This document shows, one piece after another, positions 1-8,256 of a stretch of 32,000 nucleotides of DNA. This DNA comes from Erysipelothrix larvae (GTDB lineage: Bacteria; Bacillota_I; Bacilli_A; Erysipelotrichales; Erysipelotrichaceae). The position numbers and the translations under genes were made by a program. Location of the stretch: the NCBI RefSeq assembly GCF_001545095.1, contig NZ_CP013213.1, forward strand, positions 30,001 through 62,000. Direction: 5' to 3'. Positions within the stretch are counted from its first letter, which is position 1. The number at the start of each line of letters is the position of its first letter. Under the pieces are notes generated by a model that saw only the letters and a program-made list of their open reading frames with translations, was not told where the DNA came from and did not search any database.

Positions 1-554
1 CCATTACATTGACTTGCAAGGGTAGTAATTACATCATCATCAATCACGATATCTTCTAAGGTGCTTGAAGCTTTTTTGAGGATGGTCACAATTTGTTCAG
101 GTGTTAATGGATTAAACTCAAACAAATGAACACGAGAACGAATTGCGGGGTTTATTGCGAAGTATGGATTAGAAGTTGTTGCACCAATCATCGTAATGAG
201 TCCATTCTCAATATGAGGCAACAAGACATCTTGAATATTCTTATTCAAACGATGCACTTCATCAACAATCACCACAAGACCCGAACTCATTTGAGCCTCC
301 ACAAAGAGCTGATCCAATTTCTTCTTATTATCAGTCACTGCATTAAACATCCGATAAGGACGGTTAAGCGAAGCTGCAATTGCCATAGCAGCTGTTGTTT
401 TTCCAGTGCCTGGCGGGCCAAAAAGAATCATTGAAAACAACGTTCCATTTTCGACCATATGTCTTAAAACGCCATCTTTACCAAATAGATGTTCTTGTCC
501 AATAATGTCATCAATTGATGTTGGACGCAGTACATGTGCTAACGGTTTTCCCAT
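1..554 (-). CDS. rarA: Replication-associated recombination protein A (RarA/MgsA AAA+ ATPase), N-terminal ~184 codons; the 3' end lies beyond the window start
   Basis: Not in the ORF track because there is no in-window stop. My minus-strand translation from ATG at 554 reads MGKPLAHVLRPTSIDDIIGQEHLFGKDGVLRHMVENGTLFSMILFGPPGTGKTTAAMAIA...GLVVIVDEVHRLNKNIQDVLLPHIENGLITMIGATTSNPYFAINPAIRSRVHLF and stays open to position 1. Walker A (GPPGTGKTT), Walker B (IVDEVH) and GATTSNP/RSR follow the RarA order. Plus-strand ORFs 126..434 and 406..723 are antisense shadows of this gene. Confidence 0.85.
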   Translation of the reverse strand, partial: MGKPLAHVLRPTSIDDIIGQEHLFGKDGVLRHMVENGTLFSMILFGPPGTGKTTAAMAIAASLNRPYRMFNAVTDNKKKLDQLFVEAQMSSGLVVIVDEVHRLNKNIQDVLLPHIENGLITMIGATTSNPYFAINPAIRSRVHLFEFNPLTPEQIVTILKKASSTLEDIVIDDDVITTLASQCN

Positions 555-641
555 AAAATCACCTACACATATTGTATCACGAAAAGGGCTGTTTAAAGCA
601 TCTAAAGCGAGACTAATTATGTGTTGGATCGTTGTTTTATT

Positions 642-911
642 TTATGAATCTTCCTGTGATTCTTGTTCTTTTGCTTTACGCTTTAGCATTGCAAGATCAA
701 TTCGCGCATTATGGATTAAGTAAACATAGATACATAAAATGATATTTCCATATAACAAGACAGTATAAAGCAACCCAAACCCTTCATTTGCTGGATCAAT
801 CATATTTACAAAAAACAAAATAATCGCCGATAAAACAATAGAACCGCCACAAATTTTTAGCTTCACTGAACTTGAAAATGTTTGACTCATAAATACTCTA
901 AATTTTATCAT
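642..911 (-). CDS. Small hypothetical membrane protein (~89 aa)
   Basis: ORF 642..959. I moved the start to ATG at 911 (MIKFRVF...), which follows a G-rich SD-like run (the C6 tract on the plus strand at ~917-922). It has two hydrophobic segments (GGSIVLSAIILFFVNMI and FGLLYTVLLYGNIILCIYVYLI) and a charged tail KRKAKEQESQEDS. I recognise no family. Confidence 0.4.
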   Translation of the reverse strand: MIKFRVFMSQTFSSSVKLKICGGSIVLSAIILFFVNMIDPANEGFGLLYTVLLYGNIILCIYVYLIHNARIDLAMLKRKAKEQESQEDS

Positions 912-1037
912 CACGAGCCCCCCTATATGGAGATATTGTAGCACATTTGATAAAATCAAAAAAGTTGGTGGATTTTTAGATGATATCGCCTATCATTATA
1001 TGATAAGGTATTGTAGAATATGGGAGAGGTATTGATC

Positions 1038-1493
1038 ATGAAAATAGTAATTCAACGTGTAAAAAATGCTCATGTTTCTGTAGAACACGAAAAAGTGGGA
1101 GAAATCTCAGAAGGGTTTGTCCTTCTCGTTGGCTTTGTAGAAGGTGATACAGAAAAAGATTATCAAAAAGCAGCGGATAAGATTGCAGGGATTCGTCTTT
1201 TTGATGATGAAAATGGTGTAATGAATCGGAGTATTATTGATATAAAAGGCGCCATCTTATCAATTTCTCAATTCACACTTGCAGCGGATGCAAAAAAAGG
1301 AAATAGACCAAGCTACATTCAAGCAATGGAACCACATCAAGCGAATCAATTCTACCAAGCATTTAATCAACATCTGCGTGGACATGGAATTGTTGTTGAA
1401 GAAGGGGTGTTCCAAGCAGATATGAAAGTATCTTTAGTGAATGATGGTCCAGTAACCATTATACTTAATATAGAGAATGGCAAAGTAATCTAG
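1038..1493 (+). CDS. dtd: D-aminoacyl-tRNA deacylase
   Basis: MKIVIQRV...SQFTLAADAKKGNRPSY...ADMKVSLVNDGPVTI matches the Dtd signature (SQFTL, GxRP, NDGPVT). Start moved from 1020 to ATG 1038, 8 nt after GGGAGAGG. Confidence 0.9.
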   Translation: MKIVIQRVKNAHVSVEHEKVGEISEGFVLLVGFVEGDTEKDYQKAADKIAGIRLFDDENGVMNRSIIDIKGAILSISQFTLAADAKKGNRPSYIQAMEPHQANQFYQAFNQHLRGHGIVVEEGVFQADMKVSLVNDGPVTIILNIENGKVI

Positions 1494-1511
1494 GTGTGGG
1501 AAGGTGAAAGA

Positions 1512-2363
1512 ATGACACAAATACTATATGGAAACACAGTAGCAAGTACTGTTAAGGATAATTTAAAAACAAAGGTACAACAACGTGTTGAAGAGGGAAA
1601 ACGCGTACCGCATCTCGCGGTAATTCTTGTAGGGGATGATCCAGCATCGCAAACGTATGTAAATTCAAAAGCAAAACAATGTGAACAAGTGGGGTTCAAA
1701 TCAACCGTTCAACATATGAAAACAGATAGCACACAACAAGAAGTGCTTGATGTATTAGAGCATCTTAATAAAGATGATGGAGTCGATGGAATTCTCGTAC
1801 AACTCCCTCTTCCTAAACATATCCATGAACAAACAATTATTGAAGCCCTCGATCCAAGTAAAGATGTGGATGGCTTACATCCAATTAATGTGGGATATTT
1901 AGAAATGAATCAACCCCGATTTGTTCCATGTACTCCAAAAGGAATCATGACATTGCTCAAATCGTATGACATCGAACTCGAAGGGAAACGAGCGCTTGTA
2001 ATTGGACGCAGTCGTTTAGTTGGAAAACCTGTATCAACCTTACTATTAGGTGCGAATGCGACGGTAACGATTGCGCATTCAAAAACAAAAAACCTTAAAG
2101 CATTAATCAAAGAACATGATATAATAGTTGTTGCGATTGGCAAACAAGAAATGTTTAGTGCCGAGGACTTTGATGAACACCACATCGTGATTGATGTCGG
2201 AATACATCGAACGGAATCAGGACTACGTGGTGATGTTTGTAACGATGTATATGACAAGGTAACTGCAATTACACCGGTACCCAAAGGTGTTGGACCCATG
2301 ACGATTGCTAGTTTATTAGAAAATACATATGAAGCATATTCCCAAAAGGAGGCGTTTGAATGA
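1512..2363 (+). CDS. folD: Bifunctional methylenetetrahydrofolate dehydrogenase/cyclohydrolase
   Basis: Motifs LAVILVGDDPASQTYV..K, VQLPLP, DVDG, GRSxLVGKP and PGGVGPMT-like PKGVGPMTIA. Start moved to ATG 1512 after GAAGGTGA. The stop overlaps the next ATG (ATGA at 2360-2363). Confidence 0.92.
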   Translation: MTQILYGNTVASTVKDNLKTKVQQRVEEGKRVPHLAVILVGDDPASQTYVNSKAKQCEQVGFKSTVQHMKTDSTQQEVLDVLEHLNKDDGVDGILVQLPLPKHIHEQTIIEALDPSKDVDGLHPINVGYLEMNQPRFVPCTPKGIMTLLKSYDIELEGKRALVIGRSRLVGKPVSTLLLGANATVTIAHSKTKNLKALIKEHDIIVVAIGKQEMFSAEDFDEHHIVIDVGIHRTESGLRGDVCNDVYDKVTAITPVPKGVGPMTIASLLENTYEAYSQKEAFE

Positions 2364-2560
2364 GACCAGAATATGGTATGGGTGATATCGTACAAATGAA
2401 GAAACAGCATCCATGCAAAAAATCTGAAGTGTTTCAGATAACCCGCATGGGAGCAGATATAAAAATAAAGTGTCAAGGATGTGGTGCAGTCATTATGCTC
2501 ACCCGTCAAGATTTTGAAAAGAAACTAAAAAAAGTTGTGAGTAGAAGTGAGGAACATTAA
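2360..2560 (+). CDS. DUF951 family small protein (B. subtilis YyzM-like)
   Basis: GDIVQMKKQHPC...ITRMGADIKIKCQGCG..IML.R..FEKKLKK closely resembles YyzM as I remember it. It sits in the conserved position just upstream of ychF. AAGGAGG lies 7 nt upstream of ATG 2360. Confidence 0.8.
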   Translation: MRPEYGMGDIVQMKKQHPCKKSEVFQITRMGADIKIKCQGCGAVIMLTRQDFEKKLKKVVSRSEEH

Positions 2561-3657
2561 TGGCATTAACAGCAGGAATTGTTGGATTACCTAATGTGGG
2601 TAAATCGACATTATTTAACGCGATTACAAAATCGCAAGTAGAAGCAGCAAACTATCCGTTTGCAACCATCGCTCCAAATGTTGGAGTCGTAAAAGTAAAT
2701 GACAAACGTCTGGATGATATTCAAGCGCTTGTTAATTCGAAGAAGGTAATTCCTACAACCTTTGAGTTCACCGATATTGCTGGACTTGTTAAAGGTGCTT
2801 CAAAAGGAGAAGGGTTGGGAAATCAATTCCTTTCAAATATTCGAGAAGTTGATGCGATTTTACATGTGGTTCGTTGTTTTGATGATGACGATATTACCCA
2901 TGTTCACGGGACAATTGATCCTGTTGCAGACATTGAGATCATTGACATTGAGTTAATGCTAGCAGATTTACAAAGTGTTGATAATCGCATTGGTAAAGTA
3001 GAACGCAAATCAACCGTAGATAAGGATGCAAAAGCTGAATTTGAACTCTTGAAGCGATGCAAAGCAGTTTTAGAAGAAAACAAGCCAATCCGTATCTTAA
3101 GTTTTGATGAAGCGGAAGAAAAAATTGCACGCACTTTCCATTTTCTAACATCTAAACCTGTAATCTATGTCGCAAATCTTGATGAAGCATCCTTGGTTGA
3201 TCCTGAATCAAATAAATATTACCAAGCAGTTAAAGCATACGGTGCCCAAAATGGTACCCGTGTTATTTGGATTTGCGCAAAAGTAGAAGAAGATTTATCC
3301 AGCTTAGAGAATGAAGAACGCGATATGTTCTTACATGAAATGGGTGTTGCGGAAAGTGGATTGGATGTTTTGGTAAGAAACAGTTATGATATTCTTAACT
3401 TAAGAACATTTTTCACAGTCGGACCTCAAGAAATTCGGGCGTGGACCTATCTTAATGGGATGAAAGCACCAGAATGTGCAGGTGTCATTCATACAGACTT
3501 CCAAAAAGGATTTATCCGTGCAGAAACGTATTCATTTGATGATCTCATGAAATATAAATCAGAACAAGGAATCAAAGAAGCGGGTCGTTTACGTCTTGAA
3601 GGCAAAGAATATATTGTGCAAGATGGCGATATTATGCACTTTAGATTTAACGTATAA
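2560..3657 (+). CDS. ychF: Ribosome-binding ATPase YchF
   Basis: GIVGLPNVGKSTLFNA, DIAGLVKGASKGEGLGNQFL and C-terminal TGS-like GKEYIVQDGDIMHFRFNV. The ATG overlaps the DUF951 stop (TAATG). Confidence 0.95.
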   Translation: MALTAGIVGLPNVGKSTLFNAITKSQVEAANYPFATIAPNVGVVKVNDKRLDDIQALVNSKKVIPTTFEFTDIAGLVKGASKGEGLGNQFLSNIREVDAILHVVRCFDDDDITHVHGTIDPVADIEIIDIELMLADLQSVDNRIGKVERKSTVDKDAKAEFELLKRCKAVLEENKPIRILSFDEAEEKIARTFHFLTSKPVIYVANLDEASLVDPESNKYYQAVKAYGAQNGTRVIWICAKVEEDLSSLENEERDMFLHEMGVAESGLDVLVRNSYDILNLRTFFTVGPQEIRAWTYLNGMKAPECAGVIHTDFQKGFIRAETYSFDDLMKYKSEQGIKEAGRLRLEGKEYIVQDGDIMHFRFNV

Positions 3658-3676
3658 GGGCATATGCCCTTTTTTT
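3656..3676 (+). terminator. Candidate rho-independent terminator after ychF
   Basis: AAGGGC-ATAT-GCCCTT hairpin followed directly by a T7 run. The stem is short. Confidence 0.5.
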
Positions 3677-3694
3677 AAAAGGAGGACATTATAA

Positions 3695-5038
3695 ATGTCA
3701 CATTTAAATGATACGATTGTCTCCATTATCACAGCACTCCAAGAGGCTGCAATCTCCGTTGTGCGAATGAGCGGAAGTGATGCAATTGATATTGCAGATA
3801 AACTCTTCACAAGAGATATCCAATCACAACCCTCACATACGGTGAAATACGGTCACATAAAAGATCCCCTTACCGATCAAATAATTGATGAAGTCTTATG
3901 CACAGTGTATCGGGCCCCAAAAACCTATACAAAAGAAGATATTGTAGAGATTAGTTGCCACGGTGGTGTATTAGTTACGCAAAAAGTACTTGAACTGTGT
4001 TTGACCAATGGTGCACGGATGGCACAACCTGGAGAGTTTACACAACGTGCATACCTCAATGGAAGAATCGATTTGACACAAGCTGAATCCGTGATGGACT
4101 TGATTCAATCTGAAAATGAATTTGCACGCGAGCTGGCGATTTCTGGTGTACAAGGACAAATTAAAGACTTAATACAACCTTTTTTAGATCGACTTCTTGA
4201 AATTATCGCAACCATTGAGGTTAACATTGATTATCCAGAATATGATGATGTTGAAATGTTAACGCAACAAAGTGTATACCCAAGGGTTAATGCTCTTCTT
4301 GCAGACCTTGAAACGATCCTTAAGAAATCACGCAGTGGTCGTATCTTAAAAGAAGGGGTTAAAACCGTCATTTTAGGAAAACCTAATGTTGGGAAATCAT
4401 CAATTCTTAACGAGCTTCTTCAAGAAGATAAAGCGATTGTGACCGATGTTGCAGGAACAACACGAGATTTAGTCGAAGGGTGGATTAAACTGGAGCATGT
4501 GGCGTTACATCTTATTGATACTGCAGGGCTCAGAGATACCCATGATACGGTAGAAAAAATAGGTATTCAACGCAGTCGCAAAGCATTGGAAGATGCAGAA
4601 CTCGTCTTGATTGTTTTTGATGCATCAAAACCTTTGGATGATGAAGATAAAGCATTATTAGAGGAAACAAAAAACAAAGAACGCTTGATTATATATAATA
4701 AGACCGACCTTATACACCCTGTTTTAGAGGAGGGTATTGCGGTCAGTGCCTTAAATCATGATGTAAAAGATTTGGTTGATGCAATCAATACATTATATGT
4801 AGAGCATCAAATTGCTTTAAAACAACCAACACTTTCGAATCGTCGTCATATTGCACAAGTCGCTGCAAGCCTTACTGCAATGAAACGTGCGCAAAAGGCA
4901 CTTGAAATGGGAATTGAATTGGACCTTGTAACCCTTGATCTCAATGAATCATACACTGAGCTTGCATCGGTTATCATGCAGAAACAAGATATCAATATAT
5001 TAGACGAAATCTTTAGCCGATTCTGTCTTGGAAAGTAG
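3695..5038 (+). CDS. mnmE: tRNA modification GTPase MnmE (TrmE)
   Basis: N-terminal DTIVSIITA..AISVVRMSG, G-domain GKPNVGKSS/DVAGTTRD/DTAG/NKTD, and C-terminal FCLGK. AAGGAGG lies upstream. Confidence 0.95.
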   Translation: MSHLNDTIVSIITALQEAAISVVRMSGSDAIDIADKLFTRDIQSQPSHTVKYGHIKDPLTDQIIDEVLCTVYRAPKTYTKEDIVEISCHGGVLVTQKVLELCLTNGARMAQPGEFTQRAYLNGRIDLTQAESVMDLIQSENEFARELAISGVQGQIKDLIQPFLDRLLEIIATIEVNIDYPEYDDVEMLTQQSVYPRVNALLADLETILKKSRSGRILKEGVKTVILGKPNVGKSSILNELLQEDKAIVTDVAGTTRDLVEGWIKLEHVALHLIDTAGLRDTHDTVEKIGIQRSRKALEDAELVLIVFDASKPLDDEDKALLEETKNKERLIIYNKTDLIHPVLEEGIAVSALNHDVKDLVDAINTLYVEHQIALKQPTLSNRRHIAQVAASLTAMKRAQKALEMGIELDLVTLDLNESYTELASVIMQKQDINILDEIFSRFCLGK

Positions 5039-5045
5039 GAAACAT

Positions 5046-5810
5046 ATGAATGGTTGGATAGACAGTCATGCGCATATTGCAAGTGATCCACTCAAAGATC
5101 GCTTTGATGATATTAAACAAGAAGCATTTGCACACGGTGTCACAAAAATATGTATCATTTGCGGTAATTTAGCTGAAATAGAGTTTGCACTTTTAAAAGC
5201 GGAAAATGACCCTATGTTTGATTTTGCAGTGGGGGTACACCCAGGATCAGTGCATGAAATATCGGATAAAGAGTATGACAAAATGATGCAATATTTAGAT
5301 GCACCACAAGTAAAATTTGTTGGAGAAATTGGGTTAGACTATTATTGGGATACGACGTACGTTGATTTGCAAAAAGCACGCTTAATCCAACAAATCGAGC
5401 GAGCCAACGCGAAGAACCTTCCAGTAGCAATTCATATGCGAAGTTCAGTAGATGATGTCCTAGAGACGCTTAAAACGCATCCTGTGAACCGATGTGGTAT
5501 CTTGCATTGCTTTTCTGAAACAACAACCCATGCAAAAACTGGAATTGAGCTTGGATACACATTAGGTGTTGGAGGTGTATTTACCTTTAAAAACGGTCAA
5601 AATGTTCGTGATGTCGTGGATACTGTTCCTTTGAATAGAATTATTACTGAGACGGATAGTCCCTATTTAACACCCGTTCCTTTTAGAGGAAAAGAAAACC
5701 GTCCAGCGATGGTTTCTTATGTTGCAGAAGCGTTAGCAAAACACCTCGAAATGTCCCATGAAGAAATGCAAGATCGTTTATGGAAGAACTATTTAAATCT
5801 GACTCAATGA
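5046..5810 (+). CDS. tatD: TatD-family metal-dependent DNase/hydrolase (YabD-like)
   Basis: IDSHAH..., VGEIGLDY, PVAIHMR, ILHCFS and ETDSPYL motifs. Start moved from TTG 5028 to ATG 5046, 5 nt after AGGA. Confidence 0.85.
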   Translation: MNGWIDSHAHIASDPLKDRFDDIKQEAFAHGVTKICIICGNLAEIEFALLKAENDPMFDFAVGVHPGSVHEISDKEYDKMMQYLDAPQVKFVGEIGLDYYWDTTYVDLQKARLIQQIERANAKNLPVAIHMRSSVDDVLETLKTHPVNRCGILHCFSETTTHAKTGIELGYTLGVGGVFTFKNGQNVRDVVDTVPLNRIITETDSPYLTPVPFRGKENRPAMVSYVAEALAKHLEMSHEEMQDRLWKNYLNLTQ

Positions 5811-5869
5811 GCATCACACAATAAAAAAGGTTTGTGATGATGATAGACTAAGTATGGAGGCGAATCGTT

Positions 5870-6181
5870 ATGAAAGATAAATTAACTGATTTACAATATC
5901 ATGTAACGCAAGAAGGCGGTACAGAACACCCATTTTCTGGAGAATATGATGATTTTTATGAAGAAGGTATTTATGTTGATATCGTAAGTGGGGAACCCTT
6001 GTTTTCATCAAAAGATAAGTATGATGCAGGATGTGGATGGCCTTCATTCACAAAACCGATCACACAAATAGTGGAAAAAGAAGACGGAACTCGATATTGC
6101 ATTAATTCTGCTGCCTTAAAGTTTATTCCTAAATCAGAAATGGAATCAAAAGGGTATGGCGAATTTTTAGACAAGGTGTGA
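5870..6181 (+). CDS. msrB: MsrB-like (SelR) protein with an in-frame internal deletion; possibly non-functional
   Basis: [19 protein letters not shown]...[32 protein letters not shown] and [13 protein letters not shown] are canonical MsrB blocks. The segment normally between them (RTEV...HLGHVF.DGP) is missing, so the protein is only 103 aa. GGAGG lies 9 nt upstream. Confidence 0.7.
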   Translation: MKDKLTDLQYHVTQEGGTEHPFSGEYDDFYEEGIYVDIVSGEPLFSSKDKYDAGCGWPSFTKPITQIVEKEDGTRYCINSAALKFIPKSEMESKGYGEFLDKV

Positions 6182-6187
6182 TATAAT
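6179..6187 (+). promoter_or_regulatory. Possible extended -10 promoter element (TGATATAAT) for queT
   Basis: TGnTATAAT match overlapping the msrB-like stop codon, 21 nt before the queT ATG. I found no good -35. Confidence 0.3.
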
Positions 6188-6207
6188 TTTAGCTTGTGAG
6201 GTGGAAC

Positions 6208-6708
6208 ATGAAATTATTTGATCGAATCAAAAATCTCGATATAACAACACGAGGTTTAGTAATACAAGGGATGATTGCGGCATTATATGTTGCATTGACA
6301 TTTGGACTTTACAATTTATCGTATGGACCCCTGCAGTTTCGGGTCTCAGAGTTCTTATTAATACTTGTACTTGTGAATCCGAAAAATGCGGTGGGAATTA
6401 TTGCGGGAACATTTATCGCAAATTTAATTGGTGCTTATGGGGTGTTGGATATGGTTGTGGGAACACTTGCTACAACACTAGTGTGTCTACTCATGATCCT
6501 TAAACAACCACGACTCTTATCGTATGTGTGGCCAACGATTATTAATGCAATCGTAATTGGATTGATGCTTGCTTATTTAGAACAAATTCCTTTCTGGATT
6601 GTGGCACTTCAAGTAGGTGCAGGTGAGTTTGTAGTCACAACATTACCTTTTGTTTTGTTTGGAAAAAAACTCCTAGATAATCGGAATGTTAGCCAAATAT
6701 TTAGTTGA
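6208..6708 (+). CDS. queT: QueT-family queuosine-precursor transporter (ECF S-component-like membrane protein)
   Basis: ~166 aa with five hydrophobic helices, and LQFRVSEFL resembles the QueT family signature as I remember it. Start moved to ATG 6208 after GAGGTGG. Confidence 0.65.
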   Translation: MKLFDRIKNLDITTRGLVIQGMIAALYVALTFGLYNLSYGPLQFRVSEFLLILVLVNPKNAVGIIAGTFIANLIGAYGVLDMVVGTLATTLVCLLMILKQPRLLSYVWPTIINAIVIGLMLAYLEQIPFWIVALQVGAGEFVVTTLPFVLFGKKLLDNRNVSQIFS

Positions 6709-6743
6709 ATCACACAATTTCCCACAAATAAAGAAAAATGTCA

Positions 6744-6772
6744 GAAACCTACTATTGAGTGGGTTTTTTTCT
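6744..6772 (+). terminator. Rho-independent terminator after queT
   Basis: GAAACCTAC-tattga-GTGGGTTT stem (one G-T pair) followed by a T7 run. Confidence 0.6.
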
Positions 6773-6872
6773 TGTCTAGGGAAAATTTTTTTTGCTTACG
6801 AGCCCAAATAGTTGACCAAGTCTTGAAATTTATGTTAATCTCACCTCGTCTTTTTGAAAGGAGACATTTTTA

Positions 6873-7706
6873 ATGAAAAAAATTACAATGATTGTCTTTT
6901 TTACAGTCATGGTAGCGGTCTTAAGCGGATGTACAACTGCAAATGCAAGTGTTGAAATTACATATCCAAGCTTAAGCACAACATTAGATGTTCAAGACGA
7001 AGAAGCATATAGATTTGAACTTGAAGAAGAAACAATTATGTTGGATGAGCCTGAAACAATAACACGCGACGGAGTTGCGGCTGTATCAGGTGGCGCTAGC
7101 TGGTTATATGCAAAGGTGCAAGATGGTGTTCAAGGAACAAAAACAGTATCTTACATGGTTGCATATAACAGAGACGATGAGATGTTGTCACGGATTGAGA
7201 TTCCAGAAAATGATGTAACAAACTCAACCACACCAACAATCTACTCAAACAACCAGGTTGCGAAACCTGGAGCATATTATACATCATCACGTGTTACACG
7301 TTATGGGTATGACTGTGCAGGCTGTAACCAATCTGATAACCGCGGAGGAACTGCTGCGGGGATCGCAGTTGGAAATAACGAGGTACGTCAAAGTGACGGA
7401 ACGTGGCAAACGGGCGTTACGTATGAAGGGTATTACCTCATCGCTACAGCACAAGATATTCCATTTTGTACTGTAGTTGAAGTCACAAACCACACTGTTA
7501 GTGGCAGTGGCATCACTCCAGGAGTTCCATTCAAAGCGATAGTAGTGGATCGCGGCGGATCAATAACTGGTTCAAAAACTGATTTATTTATCGGATCAGA
7601 ATCAAACCCAATGATAAGCATGGGATCAAAGAAGACCTTTGATGTCCAAATACTAGAAATGCACAATCGTACACGTGTTAATGGTGTATGGGGTTGTGGT
7701 GTATAG
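6873..7706 (+). CDS. Lipoprotein with a C-terminal 3D (MltA-like/YabE-type) cell-wall domain
   Basis: Signal peptide with lipobox (MKKITMIVFFTVMVAVLSG|C). The C-terminus reads TRYGYDCAGC...GGTAAGIAV...YYLIATAQDIPFCTVVEV...AIVVDRGGSITGSKTDLF, which fits the 3D-domain pattern. It occupies the yabE position between tatD and rnmV. Confidence 0.75.
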   Translation: MKKITMIVFFTVMVAVLSGCTTANASVEITYPSLSTTLDVQDEEAYRFELEEETIMLDEPETITRDGVAAVSGGASWLYAKVQDGVQGTKTVSYMVAYNRDDEMLSRIEIPENDVTNSTTPTIYSNNQVAKPGAYYTSSRVTRYGYDCAGCNQSDNRGGTAAGIAVGNNEVRQSDGTWQTGVTYEGYYLIATAQDIPFCTVVEVTNHTVSGSGITPGVPFKAIVVDRGGSITGSKTDLFIGSESNPMISMGSKKTFDVQILEMHNRTRVNGVWGCGV

Positions 7707-7715
7707 ATAATCACG

Positions 7716-7754
7716 AAATACCTTGAGACGTAAAACAGTTCTCAAGGTATTTTT
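7716..7754 (+). terminator. Rho-independent terminator after the 3D-domain gene
   Basis: Perfect 13-bp stem AAATACCTTGAGA / TCTCAAGGTATTT with an 11-nt loop, then a T-run. Confidence 0.8.
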
Positions 7755-7771
7755 GTATTTAAGCTTCACTA

Positions 7772-7780
7772 TGATAAAAT
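7772..7780 (+). promoter_or_regulatory. Possible extended -10 element (TGATAAAAT)
   Basis: TGnTAAAAT lies 40 nt upstream of ATG 7820. GAGG is 8 nt before the ATG. Confidence 0.3.
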
Positions 7781-7819
7781 AATATCCAGATAAAAGGGAT
7801 TAGAAATGAGGCGTATTAT

Positions 7820-8197
7820 ATGGATCAGATCGACGTACTTGATTTTTGGAATTGTGTTGCGAAACAAGATAAAGTCGCACTTCGATACTTCTTTACAGAA
7901 AGTGCAGTGATTCGCTGGCATGCTACAAATGAACAATTCAATGTCTCGGAATATATACAGGCAAATTGTGAATATCCAGGAAACTGGACAGGTGTCATCA
8001 AGCAGGTCAAAAAACAAGACAATCAAATAATTACAATCACAAATGTCACAAACTCAGACACAAAAGAGGCGTATTTAGCAGTCTCATTTCTAACGATTAT
8101 TGATGGGCTCATCAGTGAGTTGGATGAGTATTGGAGTGATATGACTCAGGCACCAAAGTGGCGTCGTGATATGGGTATTGGAAAGCCAATCCATTAA
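7820..8197 (+). CDS. NTF2-like/SnoaL-like fold small protein (hypothetical)
   Basis: 125 aa. The overall pattern (N-terminal FW..V...D...L..FF...A.IRWH, C-terminal beta-rich region with W) resembles proteins annotated as 'nuclear transport factor 2 family'. Recognition is by eye only. Confidence 0.45.
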   Translation: MDQIDVLDFWNCVAKQDKVALRYFFTESAVIRWHATNEQFNVSEYIQANCEYPGNWTGVIKQVKKQDNQIITITNVTNSDTKEAYLAVSFLTIIDGLISELDEYWSDMTQAPKWRRDMGIGKPIH

Positions 8198-8202
8198 GAG
8201 TT

Positions 8203-8230
8203 TTCATACACGTTGATTTCGTGGTATAAT
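8203..8230 (+). promoter_or_regulatory. Candidate sigma-A promoter for the EIIB-like gene
   Basis: TTCATA (8203-8208), 16 nt spacer, then TATAAT (8225-8230) preceded by TGg (extended -10). Confidence 0.45.
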
Positions 8231-8256
8231 GCAACGTAGAATAAGTGGTGAGACTC

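Noticed and set aside
126-723. Plus-strand ORFs 126..434 and 406..723
   Set aside because: They lie antisense to an uninterrupted minus-strand frame encoding a clear RarA N-terminus (GPPGTGKTT etc.). Their Cys/His/Arg-rich composition is typical of non-coding frames.
1910-2509. A 199-aa minus-strand ORF overlapping folD and the DUF951 gene
   Set aside because: It is fully antisense to two genes with strong family signatures. Its sequence is low-complexity and Ser/Thr/Cys-rich with no motif, and it has no SD. This is a typical antisense shadow ORF.
6150-6207. Possible preQ1 riboswitch upstream of queT
   Set aside because: Only 26 nt separate the msrB-like stop from the queT ATG. I could not find the A-rich tail or pseudoknot pattern of preQ1-I or a preQ1-II-like element; there is only a 5-bp ACAAG/CTTGT stem. 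An Infernal scan could confirm absence.
6773-6872. Possible c-di-AMP (ydaO) riboswitch ahead of the 3D-domain cell-wall gene
   Set aside because: The leader is about 100 nt or less, T-rich and without the paired pseudo-two-fold architecture. It is too short for a ydaO-class element.
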